Below are positions 1-9,980 of a stretch of DNA of 64,000 nucleotides, in pieces (position 1 is the first letter of the stretch; each line of letters opens with the position of its first letter). Location: assembly GCA_965218935.1 (NCBI GenBank), contig CBDCMH010000011.1:194406-258405 (forward strand). Reading direction: 5' to 3'. Origin of the DNA: Acidobacteriota bacterium (GTDB lineage: Bacteria; Acidobacteriota; UBA6911; RPQK01; JADFOI01). A model generated the notes under the pieces. The model saw nothing but the letters and a program-made list of their open reading frames with translations, was not told the DNA's origin and did no database searches. The position numbers and the translations under genes were made by a program.

Positions 1-407
1 ACTACCGCGAGATCGGCATTCCCGAAGGGCACCATGCCTCATCTCACCACGGGGGACGGACTGAGTTGGTCGAGAACTGCAAGAGGATAGACCTTCTTCA
101 TTCCAACCTGTTCGCTTATTTCCTGGACAAGCTGCGATCCGCTCCTGATGGCGATGGCAACCTGCTGGACCATTCTCTGATCCATTACGGCAGCAGCTTA
201 AGCGATGGCATGGGGCATATCCATCACGACCTTCCGACGCTGCTGGTGGGCGGAGGATTCAAGGGGGGACGTCACCTCCACTATCAGGATGTGCCGCTGT
301 CGAATCTGCTCCTGACCACAATGGACAGGGCAGGGATACCCACGGACGGCTTCATCGACAAAGAGTGGAGCGATGCCACCGGAAAGCTGGATCTCGCCAC
401 CATGTAG
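1..407 (+). CDS. DUF1552-like protein, C-terminal fragment (gene starts upstream of window)
   Basis: ORF is open to the window edge in the frame of 66..407. The C-terminal motifs (HHGG, LLDHSLIHYGSSLSDG, LPTLLVGGG) match DUF1552-family tails as I remember them. Confidence 0.5.
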   Translation, partial: YREIGIPEGHHASSHHGGRTELVENCKRIDLLHSNLFAYFLDKLRSAPDGDGNLLDHSLIHYGSSLSDGMGHIHHDLPTLLVGGGFKGGRHLHYQDVPLSNLLLTTMDRAGIPTDGFIDKEWSDATGKLDLATM

Positions 408-463
408 ATGACGGGTCTTTGCCGGTAACTGTAAGAGTGATAAGGAGAGGAGTGAGAAGCATC

Positions 464-2092
464 ATGAGCAGAAGAGTCAAGGGAGTGCCCATTTCATGCA
501 TGGTATTTTTGCTGTCAGTGGCCGGCCTTGCCGCCGCCAGCAGCGACCTTGGGCTGGTGGATGCTGTTAAGCAGCGCGACGATGAGGCCGTGCGTTCTCT
601 GCTGAGGGAGCAGGCCGCCGACGTCAATGCCATCCAGGCAGACGGCTCGACAGCGCTGCTTTGGGCGGTCGAGCGGGACAATCTGCAAATAGGGGAGCTG
701 TTGATTCGTGCCGGTGCCAACGTGAACACGGCAAACCTTTACGGTATCACCCCTCTCTCGATGGCCTGCACCACAGGGAACGCTGCCATGGTCAAGAAAC
801 TGCTGGCAGCGGGGGCGACTCCGAAAACCACCCAAGCGACAGGAGAGACGCCGCTTATGACCTGCTCGCGTACCGGCAATGCGGAAGCGGTGAAGATGCT
901 TCTGGCCCAGGGAGCGGACGTCAACGCGAAAGAAACCGAGCGGGGGCAGACGGCTTTGATGTGGGCGGCGGCAGGCAGACACTCAGGGGTTGTGCAGGCG
1001 CTGGTTGAGTCGGGGGCAGACATCGGTGCCAGGTCCGCTACCCTGCCTCTTTACGAACCCAAAATCCTGACAGCAAAAGCAAGCGGCGCACCGTTTGATT
1101 TCTACAAAGAGGATGTGTATTTCCCCAAGGTGAAAGGCGGTTTTACCCCCTTGATGTTTGCTGCCCAGGCTGGTGATTTGGACTCCGTCCGCATCCTGTT
1201 AGCAGCAGGAGCGGGCGTGGATTCGGGCACGCCGGACGATGGCACCCCGTTGGTGCTGGCCGGTTCCAACGGCCACGAGGAGGTCGCCCTATTCTTGCTG
1301 GAAAAGGGGGCGGATCCAAACGCAACCGATGGTTATGGGATGACCCCTTTGCACTGGGCGCTGCAGGAAGGCATAGTAGCCCTCTACGCCGGTACCTTTT
1401 CAACGGACCGCTTCTGGGTGAACCCCAACATGCCGGAACTGGTCAAGGCGCTCCTGGCCCGGGAAGCCGATCCGAACGCTCGAATCAAGAAGGACATGCT
1501 GCCTTATGATGTTCATCGGTTTTCCCGCTCCAGAGGTGATATGCTGCCCCAAGTGGGATTGACCGGTATCAGTCCGTTTGTGCTGGCAACAGCAGTCGCC
1601 GATCTCCCTGCCATGCGCCTCCTGGTGGAAGGGGGAGCCGATCCGACAATGTCGGCGAAGGAGGGTCTGACTCCGGTGATGGTGGCGGCGGGGATGGGTG
1701 TCGACCGCGACAGGAACCCCACAGCTGAGCAGAAGAAGGAGTTTCTGGAAGCCGTCAGGCTCGCTGTTCGATTGGGCGGTTCCGTCAATGCGGCTGATTT
1801 CCTGGGCCGAACCGCACTGCACGGTGCGGCATATTATGGGTTAAACGATGTGGTTCAGTTGCTGGTGGACAACGGTGCCGACCTGGAGGCCAAGGACATC
1901 CATGGACAGACAGCGTTGAGCATCGCCTTGGGGGACCCTGATGGCTTCGTGTATCGGAATCTTAAGGGTTGGAACCGCGACGACCGGTTTCGGAGAGCCA
2001 GATTGGGATCGCGCCAGGAAACGGTGGAGCTGCTCCTCAAATTGGGGGCCACACCGTATACCTCTACGGGTAGGAATATGAAGGCCCATTGA
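464..2092 (+). CDS. secreted ankyrin-repeat protein
   Basis: Start is an ATG after AAGGAGAGGAG. A signal-peptide-like N-terminus (VFLLSVAGLAAASS) is followed by many 33-aa ankyrin repeats (G-TPL--A---G, DVNA motifs). An alternative GTG start lies at 452. Confidence 0.8.
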   Translation: MSRRVKGVPISCMVFLLSVAGLAAASSDLGLVDAVKQRDDEAVRSLLREQAADVNAIQADGSTALLWAVERDNLQIGELLIRAGANVNTANLYGITPLSMACTTGNAAMVKKLLAAGATPKTTQATGETPLMTCSRTGNAEAVKMLLAQGADVNAKETERGQTALMWAAAGRHSGVVQALVESGADIGARSATLPLYEPKILTAKASGAPFDFYKEDVYFPKVKGGFTPLMFAAQAGDLDSVRILLAAGAGVDSGTPDDGTPLVLAGSNGHEEVALFLLEKGADPNATDGYGMTPLHWALQEGIVALYAGTFSTDRFWVNPNMPELVKALLAREADPNARIKKDMLPYDVHRFSRSRGDMLPQVGLTGISPFVLATAVADLPAMRLLVEGGADPTMSAKEGLTPVMVAAGMGVDRDRNPTAEQKKEFLEAVRLAVRLGGSVNAADFLGRTALHGAAYYGLNDVVQLLVDNGADLEAKDIHGQTALSIALGDPDGFVYRNLKGWNRDDRFRRARLGSRQETVELLLKLGATPYTSTGRNMKAH

Positions 2093-2358
2093 TTTCAGTC
2101 AGCGCCTGAGGCAGGTCTTTTCCCTGCCTTCCGAGACAGTTGCTCCTAACACCAGCGGGATTAAGCTGGCCGTAGTCGGTTTTTCCACTCTCCTGGTCAA
2201 CCGCTCGTAAAATCATTTCTTATCCTCTCCAGGACCGGAGGCAACAAATGCTCGATTGATCATCATTTATGTCAAAACGGGAGCTGGGCATCCTGGCCAG
2301 TAACGATATGAACTCCCGGTAACTATATGAACTTAATGAAACGAGAGGAGTGAGAAAT

Positions 2359-4035
2359 ATGGGCATTCGAGTGAAAGAGCTGCCCGTCTGGTGGATGGTC
2401 TCTTTGCTGTCATTGGGCAGCCTTGCCGCTGCTATACAGGAAGATTCCGACCGAAGACCCTCGGTCAGCTGCACGGAGTTCATGGCCCCCAGGCTTACGG
2501 TCAACGGCCAACTAGTGGGCCAGAAAGATTGTCGTATGTACGATGCCGGGATTGTCGACCGGGACCACCAATACCGGCGAGTCGACATGGGGATCAGCGG
2601 CACTCTGGCAGGCTGGATCGTCAAGGCGGGCCCACGGTCCAACCACTTCACTTCCGCACCCGATTTCGTCTATGCGCAGACCGGGAACACCTTCCCGCGC
2701 TTTCATGGAGTATTAAGCTATGAGGGTTCCAAAGGGACTGCCATGACGCTCGTCTATCCTCAGAGGGGATGGAATGGAAAGTTATTTGTGACGGTTCACG
2801 GGGGCACCGGTTCCTTTGGGAGTGGATCCCGGAAGCCATGGGATCAGAACTTGGATCCCGCCAAACCAATGGGTGATCTGAACAAGTACGAAAAAGCAAT
2901 GCTGGCCAAGGGTTACGCGGTGGCGGTGACCAAGCGCAATGCTGCTGTGAGTGCCCCTGGAGACTTTTCTGTAACCCTGGATAACGGCGACCTCTGGCCC
3001 GACCAGAACGTCGGCCTGGTGCCCGAGCTGATTTTGGACATGGTCAGACTGACCGGAAACTTCCTCCAGGATCGCTTGGGTCAGAAACCCACCCGAACCT
3101 ATTGGTATGGTTTTTCGGGGGGGGCGATGACGGGCTCGCTGCTCAATTACATGTCGGGGGGCAACATCGACTCTGATGGAACACCCCTGGTTGACGGATT
3201 TATCTGGGACGACATGGCCGGAGGGTTGTTTCTTCCTGTTCTGATGAAAAACAGCGAGGATGTTCTCTTCCGCACACAGCAGGAGCGTGCTCACTTCACC
3301 AAGACAATTGCGATTTCTCACCAACTCTATCCCGCCGTTTTCTCCACGGGTCCAGGGATGGACGTCGACAAGATACCCGAGTGGGTCTCCCCCAATTACC
3401 TGATCAACAAGAGAAGGGTGGCCCTGCTTTTCCGAGAGAAGGGTCTGGATAGCCAGTTCCGCATGTACGAGGTGCGGGGCGTCAGCCATTCGGGAGGAGA
3501 GACCCTGGAGGACGGTAGCCGGGTGGGCGACATCGAAATCCTGCCCTTGTGGCGATTCATGGATGGGGTCATCGATCTTCTGGATCACTGGGTGGAGAGA
3601 GGTATTGAGCCTCCACCCACCAAGTCGGATCTACCGGAACTGCTCGGCTTGATGGCTACGAACAAGGCCGTAGATCTCCCCGAAACCGCCTGTCCGCTGG
3701 GCGTGTACTTTCCCTATCCCCCCAGCCGGGGAACCCGAGGGGGGGGTACCACCGCCCTTGCCCCCTTCGATGGGGAGAGCTTGGAGCCTGAAGATGGACG
3801 TAAGATCTATGTCGACATGAACCAGAACGGGCGTCGTGACCGCCGCGAGGCGGTGACCAGGGCCTGGCAGCGACTGGGTCTTATCAAACCCGATGAACGA
3901 TTCAACCGCTCCCGCTATGTGGAATGCGTCAAGGCAGCCGCTTCAGGGCTGACAAAGGAGGGCTTCATCACCAAGGAGATCGCCGACCTGTATATTCGGG
4001 AAGCGGCGGAAAGGCAGGATCTCCCCGAAAGGTAA
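2359..4035 (+). CDS. secreted alpha/beta-hydrolase-like protein (putative esterase)
   Basis: RBS AGAGGAG lies 8 nt upstream of the ATG. There is a signal peptide and a G-F-S-G-G nucleophile-elbow motif. No closer family assignment is possible from sequence alone. Confidence 0.5.
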   Translation: MGIRVKELPVWWMVSLLSLGSLAAAIQEDSDRRPSVSCTEFMAPRLTVNGQLVGQKDCRMYDAGIVDRDHQYRRVDMGISGTLAGWIVKAGPRSNHFTSAPDFVYAQTGNTFPRFHGVLSYEGSKGTAMTLVYPQRGWNGKLFVTVHGGTGSFGSGSRKPWDQNLDPAKPMGDLNKYEKAMLAKGYAVAVTKRNAAVSAPGDFSVTLDNGDLWPDQNVGLVPELILDMVRLTGNFLQDRLGQKPTRTYWYGFSGGAMTGSLLNYMSGGNIDSDGTPLVDGFIWDDMAGGLFLPVLMKNSEDVLFRTQQERAHFTKTIAISHQLYPAVFSTGPGMDVDKIPEWVSPNYLINKRRVALLFREKGLDSQFRMYEVRGVSHSGGETLEDGSRVGDIEILPLWRFMDGVIDLLDHWVERGIEPPPTKSDLPELLGLMATNKAVDLPETACPLGVYFPYPPSRGTRGGGTTALAPFDGESLEPEDGRKIYVDMNQNGRRDRREAVTRAWQRLGLIKPDERFNRSRYVECVKAAASGLTKEGFITKEIADLYIREAAERQDLPER

Positions 4036-4100
4036 TGTCGCCGGCGCTGGGAAAGGACCCAGCGCCGGCAGATGAAGACTGCGCTATCGCAAGCGAACCC

Positions 4101-7100
4101 CTAAAATTCAAACCTCAGCGCCAACTGGATCTGCCGCGATGTCCCTACGGTGTTGGTGACCCTTCCCGCAGTTGATCGCGTGCGCCCGCTGGAGCTGAAG
4201 ACCGTACTGTCGGGGGTATCGAAACTGGCATTGTTGGTAAGGTTGAAGAACTCCGCTCGGAACTGGACCTTCTTGCTACCATCGCTGCCCAAATAGGTGC
4301 TTTTGATGATTGAGAAATCAAAGCTCGAAAAGCCCGGGCCGATCATGGTGTTGCGCCCCACGTTCCCGTAAAAACCCTGAACCTGGTTGTTGAAACGATC
4401 GTTTTCGAAGTAACGGCAGTCCACATTGCACTGCACACCATCCGAGAAACTTGGATCGGGGCTAGTGAATGCCGGATCCAGATCGGGGCGAGCCCTGGCG
4501 GCATTTCGATGCGTCAGCCGAGAGCTGCTGTTGAGGGTATCTGGCGAGCCGGTGGCAAAGGTCACAATGCCGGCCACCTGCCACCCATCGATGAGTTTGT
4601 TGGCCAGCCCGCTGGTGCCCGAACCAAAGGGAAGATCGTAGCTGTAATTGGCGACAAAGTTATGCGCCACATGAAAATCCGCCGGGCCCCGGTCGTTCTC
4701 CATATGAAAGGGATCCTGGCCCCAGGTATCGGTCAGCACACCCGAGGTGACGGCCGATCCGTTGTCCAATGCTTTCGACCAGGTATAGGCTCCCTGAAAC
4801 TGCAGTCCCGCGCTGAGACGTTTCGTCAACGTCGTCTTGAAAGCGTGATAGTTGGACGATCCTCCGGTGCCATACCACTGAAGACGCGTAAAATTCGGAT
4901 TGAGGAAGGGCGCATCAGGGGCATAGTAGGTAGCGTCGTCAGGTCTGCCCACACATACCGCTGCAGGAGCAGGAGCAGTCGATCTTCCACAAAAGGCGGG
5001 CTCAGGAAGGTCAAGACGGTGAACGTTGCTCAGGTGCACGCCCAGCGAACCGCTGTAAGCTATCTCCGCCACAAAATTGGTGGTGAGTAATGCCTGAAAA
5101 CTCAGGCTGTACTGGGTCATGTAGGGGCTGCTCGGCTCGGCCTCGAAAACGTGAACGGCCTTGGTCCCTGCCGTCAGTGCCTCGATCTCATCATCCAGAT
5201 TGGGGAAGAACCCCCCCGGCAAATTGCGCGCGTCAATCTCCTGCCAAAAGGGGGTCACGCGGTCAAAGATCTGCAACGTCTGCCGGACGACGATGGGCGA
5301 TTGAAACACGCCGACGCCGGCCCGGATGGAATATTTTCCCGACCCCGTGGGATCCCAGGCCAGTCCAATCCGCGGCGCAAAATCATCTCCTGAGGGATTC
5401 TTCGTAAAGAACTCACCGACCGTCGCTTCCGGATCGTTATAAATGTCGATCAGATTGGACATTCGACCATACCGCTCCTGGGCCTGAGTGACGTATTCGT
5501 AACGAAGGCCAAGGTTCAAGGTCAGATTGGATCGGAGCTGAACATCATCCTGAATATAAAAGCCATGCAGCCACTGGGTAAAGGTGCGGACGGCATCGGC
5601 GCCGTCACCCATCAGCCGCAACCGGCTGACTGTACCGTTCTCTAGGAACCCGTCGAAGCTCCTATACTGCCAGGCCCCACCGTATCGGCCAAAGCTCTTC
5701 TTGTGAAAGACAAACCAGGAGGAGGTATATCCAAACTTCAGGCTGTGAGATCCCCTGCTATACGAGATATCATCGCTGAGCTGATGGGTATTCAGGTTGA
5801 GCTGTCTGGGCATGGTCCCGGTGTAGCCTGAGAGACTGCTGATTTGATCCAGCCCGGAAACCCCTCCAAAGGGCCTCCCCGTCACGAAGTTGAGTGAGGG
5901 GTCGGGAACGCGGGGCCCATCCTCAAGATCGCGCTCCAGATTGTAACGCGAGTAGCCGATCCGCACTTGATTCAAAAGAGCGGGGGAAAGAACACTTCTT
6001 ACTTCCAGCGTGACGTACTGGTTGCGCTGTGCTTCCGCTTCGTTGAACAACTCAAAAGCTTGGGGAGTCAGTTTGTTGGAATCGTCAAAGGTGTAGCGGC
6101 CAAACAGGGAGTGGTTATCCCCCATCTCGTGATCCAGCCGCACCACGAAGTAGTCCTGATCGGTGGGGCGGCTATCCTGGCGAATGAACTCCGCACTGCC
6201 ATCCCCGAAATCCTGCCCACCGGGGGTGGGATCCGGCCAGAGATCCAAGTAGGGAACCACATCCGGATGTATGTTAACCATTCCCTCCGAGCCGAGGTCC
6301 CCCATACGGGCCGCTGCAGTGGGCACAGTGGTGTTGTTAAATAACACCGGGCCTCGGTCTCTCAAACCTTCATAGCTGGCGAAAAAGAAATCCCGATCTG
6401 GGACAATCGGCCCTCCCAGGCTAAAGCCGAACTGGTTTCTTTTCAATTCCGGTTTGGTCGGATCAAAGAAATTTCGTGCGTCCAGGTTGTCGTTCCGGTG
6501 GTACGCAAAGAGCGAGCCGTGAAGCTGGTTGGTTCCAGAGCGAGTGACGGCAATCAGACTGGCTCCACCGGATCTTCCATACTGGGCGCTGTAAGCGCTG
6601 GTCATCACCTTGAATTCGCGCATCGCCTCTATGCCCAGGGTGGCGTTGGACACCCCGGCCGGCAGCAGTCCGGTCGGCGTGGTGATATCACTTCCGTCCA
6701 GTGTGAAACTGCTGTCTTCAGGCCGTGCCCCGTTCACCGATATGCGGGCGCCGTAGCCGACGTGCCCGCCGCCCTCTTGCCGTCTGTAATTGGTGGTTCC
6801 CGCCTGCAGGGTGATGAGCTGAGAGAAGTCTCGAGAGTTCAGAGGCAGATTGGAGATCTGGTCTCGAGTGACCAGTTCCGATATGGCCCCGCTTGTTGTC
6901 TCAACCAGGGGCGCATCTCCCGTTACCTGCACTTGCTCGCTGATCTCTCCGACGGGCAATTCCACATTGACGACCGCCTGTCGGCCAACCGTGAGCACCA
7001 CGCCGCTTCGGACGACCGTTTGAAAGCCCGGGAGGCTGGCTGAAACCCGATAGTTCCCCAGAGGCAGGTTCCGGCCTCGATAGGCTCCCTGGTCATTGGT

Positions 7101-7289
7101 CACCACCACTCGAGTGGCTCCCGTGTCCAGGTTTTCAAGCTCCACTTCGGTACCGGGCAGCACGGCACCGGTCGAATCCGTCACCCGGCCCGAAATCGAA
7201 GCCACAGTCTGTGCTTCCGCCCAGGCAACGCTCAAAGCGACTACCAGCACAAATACAAAAATAAAAGGTCGACACGTCTGCTGTTTCAT
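4101..7289 (-). CDS. TonB-dependent receptor with N-terminal carboxypeptidase-regulatory-like domain
   Basis: 1062 aa with a signal peptide and an N-terminal SISGRVTD...GA...PGA motif. There are plug-like and beta-barrel regions and a C-terminal terminal Phe (LALRFEF). RBS is GGGAGAGGG. Confidence 0.85.
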   Translation of the reverse strand: MKQQTCRPFIFVFVLVVALSVAWAEAQTVASISGRVTDSTGAVLPGTEVELENLDTGATRVVVTNDQGAYRGRNLPLGNYRVSASLPGFQTVVRSGVVLTVGRQAVVNVELPVGEISEQVQVTGDAPLVETTSGAISELVTRDQISNLPLNSRDFSQLITLQAGTTNYRRQEGGGHVGYGARISVNGARPEDSSFTLDGSDITTPTGLLPAGVSNATLGIEAMREFKVMTSAYSAQYGRSGGASLIAVTRSGTNQLHGSLFAYHRNDNLDARNFFDPTKPELKRNQFGFSLGGPIVPDRDFFFASYEGLRDRGPVLFNNTTVPTAAARMGDLGSEGMVNIHPDVVPYLDLWPDPTPGGQDFGDGSAEFIRQDSRPTDQDYFVVRLDHEMGDNHSLFGRYTFDDSNKLTPQAFELFNEAEAQRNQYVTLEVRSVLSPALLNQVRIGYSRYNLERDLEDGPRVPDPSLNFVTGRPFGGVSGLDQISSLSGYTGTMPRQLNLNTHQLSDDISYSRGSHSLKFGYTSSWFVFHKKSFGRYGGAWQYRSFDGFLENGTVSRLRLMGDGADAVRTFTQWLHGFYIQDDVQLRSNLTLNLGLRYEYVTQAQERYGRMSNLIDIYNDPEATVGEFFTKNPSGDDFAPRIGLAWDPTGSGKYSIRAGVGVFQSPIVVRQTLQIFDRVTPFWQEIDARNLPGGFFPNLDDEIEALTAGTKAVHVFEAEPSSPYMTQYSLSFQALLTTNFVAEIAYSGSLGVHLSNVHRLDLPEPAFCGRSTAPAPAAVCVGRPDDATYYAPDAPFLNPNFTRLQWYGTGGSSNYHAFKTTLTKRLSAGLQFQGAYTWSKALDNGSAVTSGVLTDTWGQDPFHMENDRGPADFHVAHNFVANYSYDLPFGSGTSGLANKLIDGWQVAGIVTFATGSPDTLNSSSRLTHRNAARARPDLDPAFTSPDPSFSDGVQCNVDCRYFENDRFNNQVQGFYGNVGRNTMIGPGFSSFDFSIIKSTYLGSDGSKKVQFRAEFFNLTNNASFDTPDSTVFSSSGRTRSTAGRVTNTVGTSRQIQLALRFEF

Positions 7290-7676
7290 TTTCGCCCTCT
7301 CCCTAAAGAATTTATGAATTCAGGTTTTCTTTTCAACGAGTTTGGTCTTTAAGAGCAACCCACAGTGTGATTGTTTCCTTTTATCCCAAGATTATGGCAA
7401 AAGCAAGCAATTTATTTATCCAATGTATGTAGAAACTAGAGCAATTTTGGCACCACTCGGCATTCTACTGTATATAGCTATTGTTGATACATACAGCGCT
7501 ACTTATTAGGGGTGGCTGCCCGAATTCTTTCAAAAAAATGAATTTCGATTCAAATTCTTGAATCAAAGACCCCGACTAACGGTTCTATTGAACCCCCTCG
7601 AACCTTTTCTGGAATCGTCTTTAAGAGGGTTGGGACAATCAGTGAGACAGGACGACAAAGGGAGCAAGAGTGAAAA

Positions 7677-8267
7677 TTAATAGAGTGGAAATCTCCGCCC
7701 CAGTTCCTTCACCGGATAGGGGATGATTTTTTTTCTGACAATCTCTTCAGATCGGGCGAATTCAAATGTTTTCTCTACCTCTTTAAAGATGGGCGCTCGT
7801 CCTTCTCTCAATCCGTAGGCTAAAGGCCTTTCTCCAGGGCCTCCCGGACTACCCACCACAATTCGACCCACCCCTCCAATAACCTCATGTCTCCTGCTAT
7901 AGAAGTCGTATGTGCCTTCTATGTCGAAGGTATACTCGAAGATTGTGTCTACATTCATGATCCCTGAGTCAAAAGGCTTGGCATTCTCCGGAATGCGCAA
8001 CTCATGATTATCATTGTCAGGATGATAAGCGGTCGCCGAAAATCCCTCTCTCCCTGCTACCCACTGAACGGTCTCACCGCGGGTGACGTAAAGCCCTAGC
8101 GGGTTGAAATAATATCGTCCCGCGCCGTAGTTCCTCATCATATTAATCTTCTTGGGAGTCGACTGCCCGGCTGCAAGTCTCAACCAACCCATATTGCAGA
8201 GGGTAAAAGTTACCGCTCCCGCCGCTCTCAAAAAATCACGTCGTATCATCGTCTTATTGTTGGACAT
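7677..8267 (-). CDS. Tat-exported cupredoxin-like protein (copper ligands not conserved)
   Basis: Twin-arginine motif RRDFLRAAG. The C-terminal GTYDFYSRRHEVIGGVGRIVV resembles the plastocyanin GTY-YC-PH--M-G motif, but the Cys is replaced by Ser and the Met is absent. Confidence 0.55.
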   Translation of the reverse strand: MSNNKTMIRRDFLRAAGAVTFTLCNMGWLRLAAGQSTPKKINMMRNYGAGRYYFNPLGLYVTRGETVQWVAGREGFSATAYHPDNDNHELRIPENAKPFDSGIMNVDTIFEYTFDIEGTYDFYSRRHEVIGGVGRIVVGSPGGPGERPLAYGLREGRAPIFKEVEKTFEFARSEEIVRKKIIPYPVKELGRRFPLY

Positions 8268-8321
8268 TGACCCATTCCCTCCTCAGATTTTCTTTTATCC
8301 TGACCTACCTCTAACTTGGAT

Positions 8322-9749
8322 TTATAGGCCATCAATGCTGAAGCCATGCATATAATAGCTTCCTCGGCTCACGGTTTCTCCGGTTTCTCCTGAGGGCTCA
8401 CCGCTGCCGACGTAAAGCATCCCATTAGCGATTGCCATGCCGCCCCGGTGAGCCGTGGGCAGCTTGTATTGCCACAGCACCCGGCCCGTTTCTGCATCAA
8501 GAGCTTCCACCGTGCCGTCCATTAACCCCTGATAGAAGACACCATTAGCCACAGCGACGGGAGCGTGATTGTCAGATGAATTGGGAACCCACCAGACGAT
8601 ATCCCCGTTGTACCCATGCAAAGCTGCCGTTACGGAGGACGCACCTTTGGGAGTAACGGCGGTCGATACACAGTAGACTCGATTGTAGGCGACAGCCGTA
8701 CAGTCCTGCGCAAAACCGTTACCGGCAGCTCCACTGGTGAGCATCACTTTCCATAGAAGTTCACCGGTGTAACGATTCCAAGTGAAAATACCCCCTTTGC
8801 TTCCCGCAGCCACGCAATTTCGCACCATCTCGCCACGATACCCCATGGGAGCCCTGGCATCGAAAACCATGGGGTGGCATCCAAAATCAAGGTCATGGGG
8901 AGAGGCCCTTCTCGCCTGGGAGAACCAAAGGAGCTCTCCGCTTTCCAGGTCATGAGCGACAATGCTCTCCGTGTACAGCATAGGACCTGGAGGCATAAAA
9001 CCCTTCACGCTGCCCGTCGCATTGTAGACGATATGCTCTGATTCATCTATGGCAGGCGAAGACCAGACTGAACCACCGGCACCCTCGGGGGCGGTTTTGA
9101 AGCGCCAGGAGACAGCCCCAGTTTCAGCATCTAGACAAACAACCTCTGCGTCACCACGGGTATCCGAGTAACCCATGACCAGCCGGCCATTGTATACGGC
9201 AGGTGAAGAGCGAGTCTGTACGGTAGGTTTGTCGCTTAATTGTGTTTCCCAGATCTTCTTACCCGTGGCCGCCTCGAAAGAGTGCACTTTCGTCTTATTG
9301 TCCCCAAAAAAGACACGGCCATTCGAGTATTGAGCCGAGGAACGAATTCCCTGTCTCATGTAGCGAAGCGCCTGCTGCTTTTCAACTCCGGCCCTCCACC
9401 GAGGTTCCCCTGTGTTTGTCTCGAGCGAATATTCGGTACCGGACTGCGTTCCAAAAAAAAGACTGTCTCCGACCACTGTGGGAGTGGTTTGAATCACTCC
9501 ATCGGCCCGAAAGGTCCACTTCAATTTCAACCGATCTACGTTCCCGGGACCCAGCGTGCGCTCTCTAGCATTGAAGCGGGTATTCTGCAAGTCGTACCCG
9601 AAGCGAGGCCAATCCGCTGGACCCGGCTGAGGGGCACCGAGCCCTTGGGCCTTACTCGTCTTGATAAGCGGTCCCACTCCTATCAAGGTACCCGTTGTTC
9701 CCACCCCTTTTAAAAAGCCCCTGCGTGTCAGTTTACTCTTCTCCCCCAT
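8322..9749 (-). CDS. Tat-exported PQQ-like beta-propeller repeat protein
   Basis: Twin-arginine motif TRRGFLKGVG. There are repeated W/G-rich beta-propeller blades (GxVYxGxxDGxLxALDAxTG, repeated LWxx motifs) typical of PQQ-repeat/BamB-like propellers. Confidence 0.7.
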   Translation of the reverse strand: MGEKSKLTRRGFLKGVGTTGTLIGVGPLIKTSKAQGLGAPQPGPADWPRFGYDLQNTRFNARERTLGPGNVDRLKLKWTFRADGVIQTTPTVVGDSLFFGTQSGTEYSLETNTGEPRWRAGVEKQQALRYMRQGIRSSAQYSNGRVFFGDNKTKVHSFEAATGKKIWETQLSDKPTVQTRSSPAVYNGRLVMGYSDTRGDAEVVCLDAETGAVSWRFKTAPEGAGGSVWSSPAIDESEHIVYNATGSVKGFMPPGPMLYTESIVAHDLESGELLWFSQARRASPHDLDFGCHPMVFDARAPMGYRGEMVRNCVAAGSKGGIFTWNRYTGELLWKVMLTSGAAGNGFAQDCTAVAYNRVYCVSTAVTPKGASSVTAALHGYNGDIVWWVPNSSDNHAPVAVANGVFYQGLMDGTVEALDAETGRVLWQYKLPTAHRGGMAIANGMLYVGSGEPSGETGETVSRGSYYMHGFSIDGL

Positions 9750-9980
9750 AAATCACCCTCCTGTTCCTTCCTTCAATAGTTTCCTCTAAAATGTATCGTC
9801 CCATGAATAGCGTGCGTGACATCACCGCTGTTCATCAGTTCCACGGTCTTGTCCACCCTGGGCAGAAGGGCACATTGGCGAGAAAGCCCTGTGCCATGGA
9901 TGACCCACTTCAACAAGTAATCTGAGGAGACACCCAACTCGTCACCTTTAAAGGTAGCCAATATCCTTCTGGAGAACGTC

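Noticed and set aside
365-463. N-terminal extension of the ankyrin ORF (MERCHRKAGSRHH...)
   Set aside because: It has no RBS. The conserved RBS plus leader module begins at 440-464 and is shared with the next gene. The start is therefore taken as ATG 464, with GTG 452 as an alternative.
2782-3588. 268-aa ORF antisense to the hydrolase gene
   Set aside because: It is fully embedded antisense in a well-supported CDS. It has no domain or RBS and is typical of a high-GC spurious ORF.
4426-5090. Several 60-190-aa ORFs on the + strand inside the TonB receptor gene
   Set aside because: They are antisense to a confidently identified 1062-aa TBDR and show Arg/Gly-rich high-GC antisense composition.
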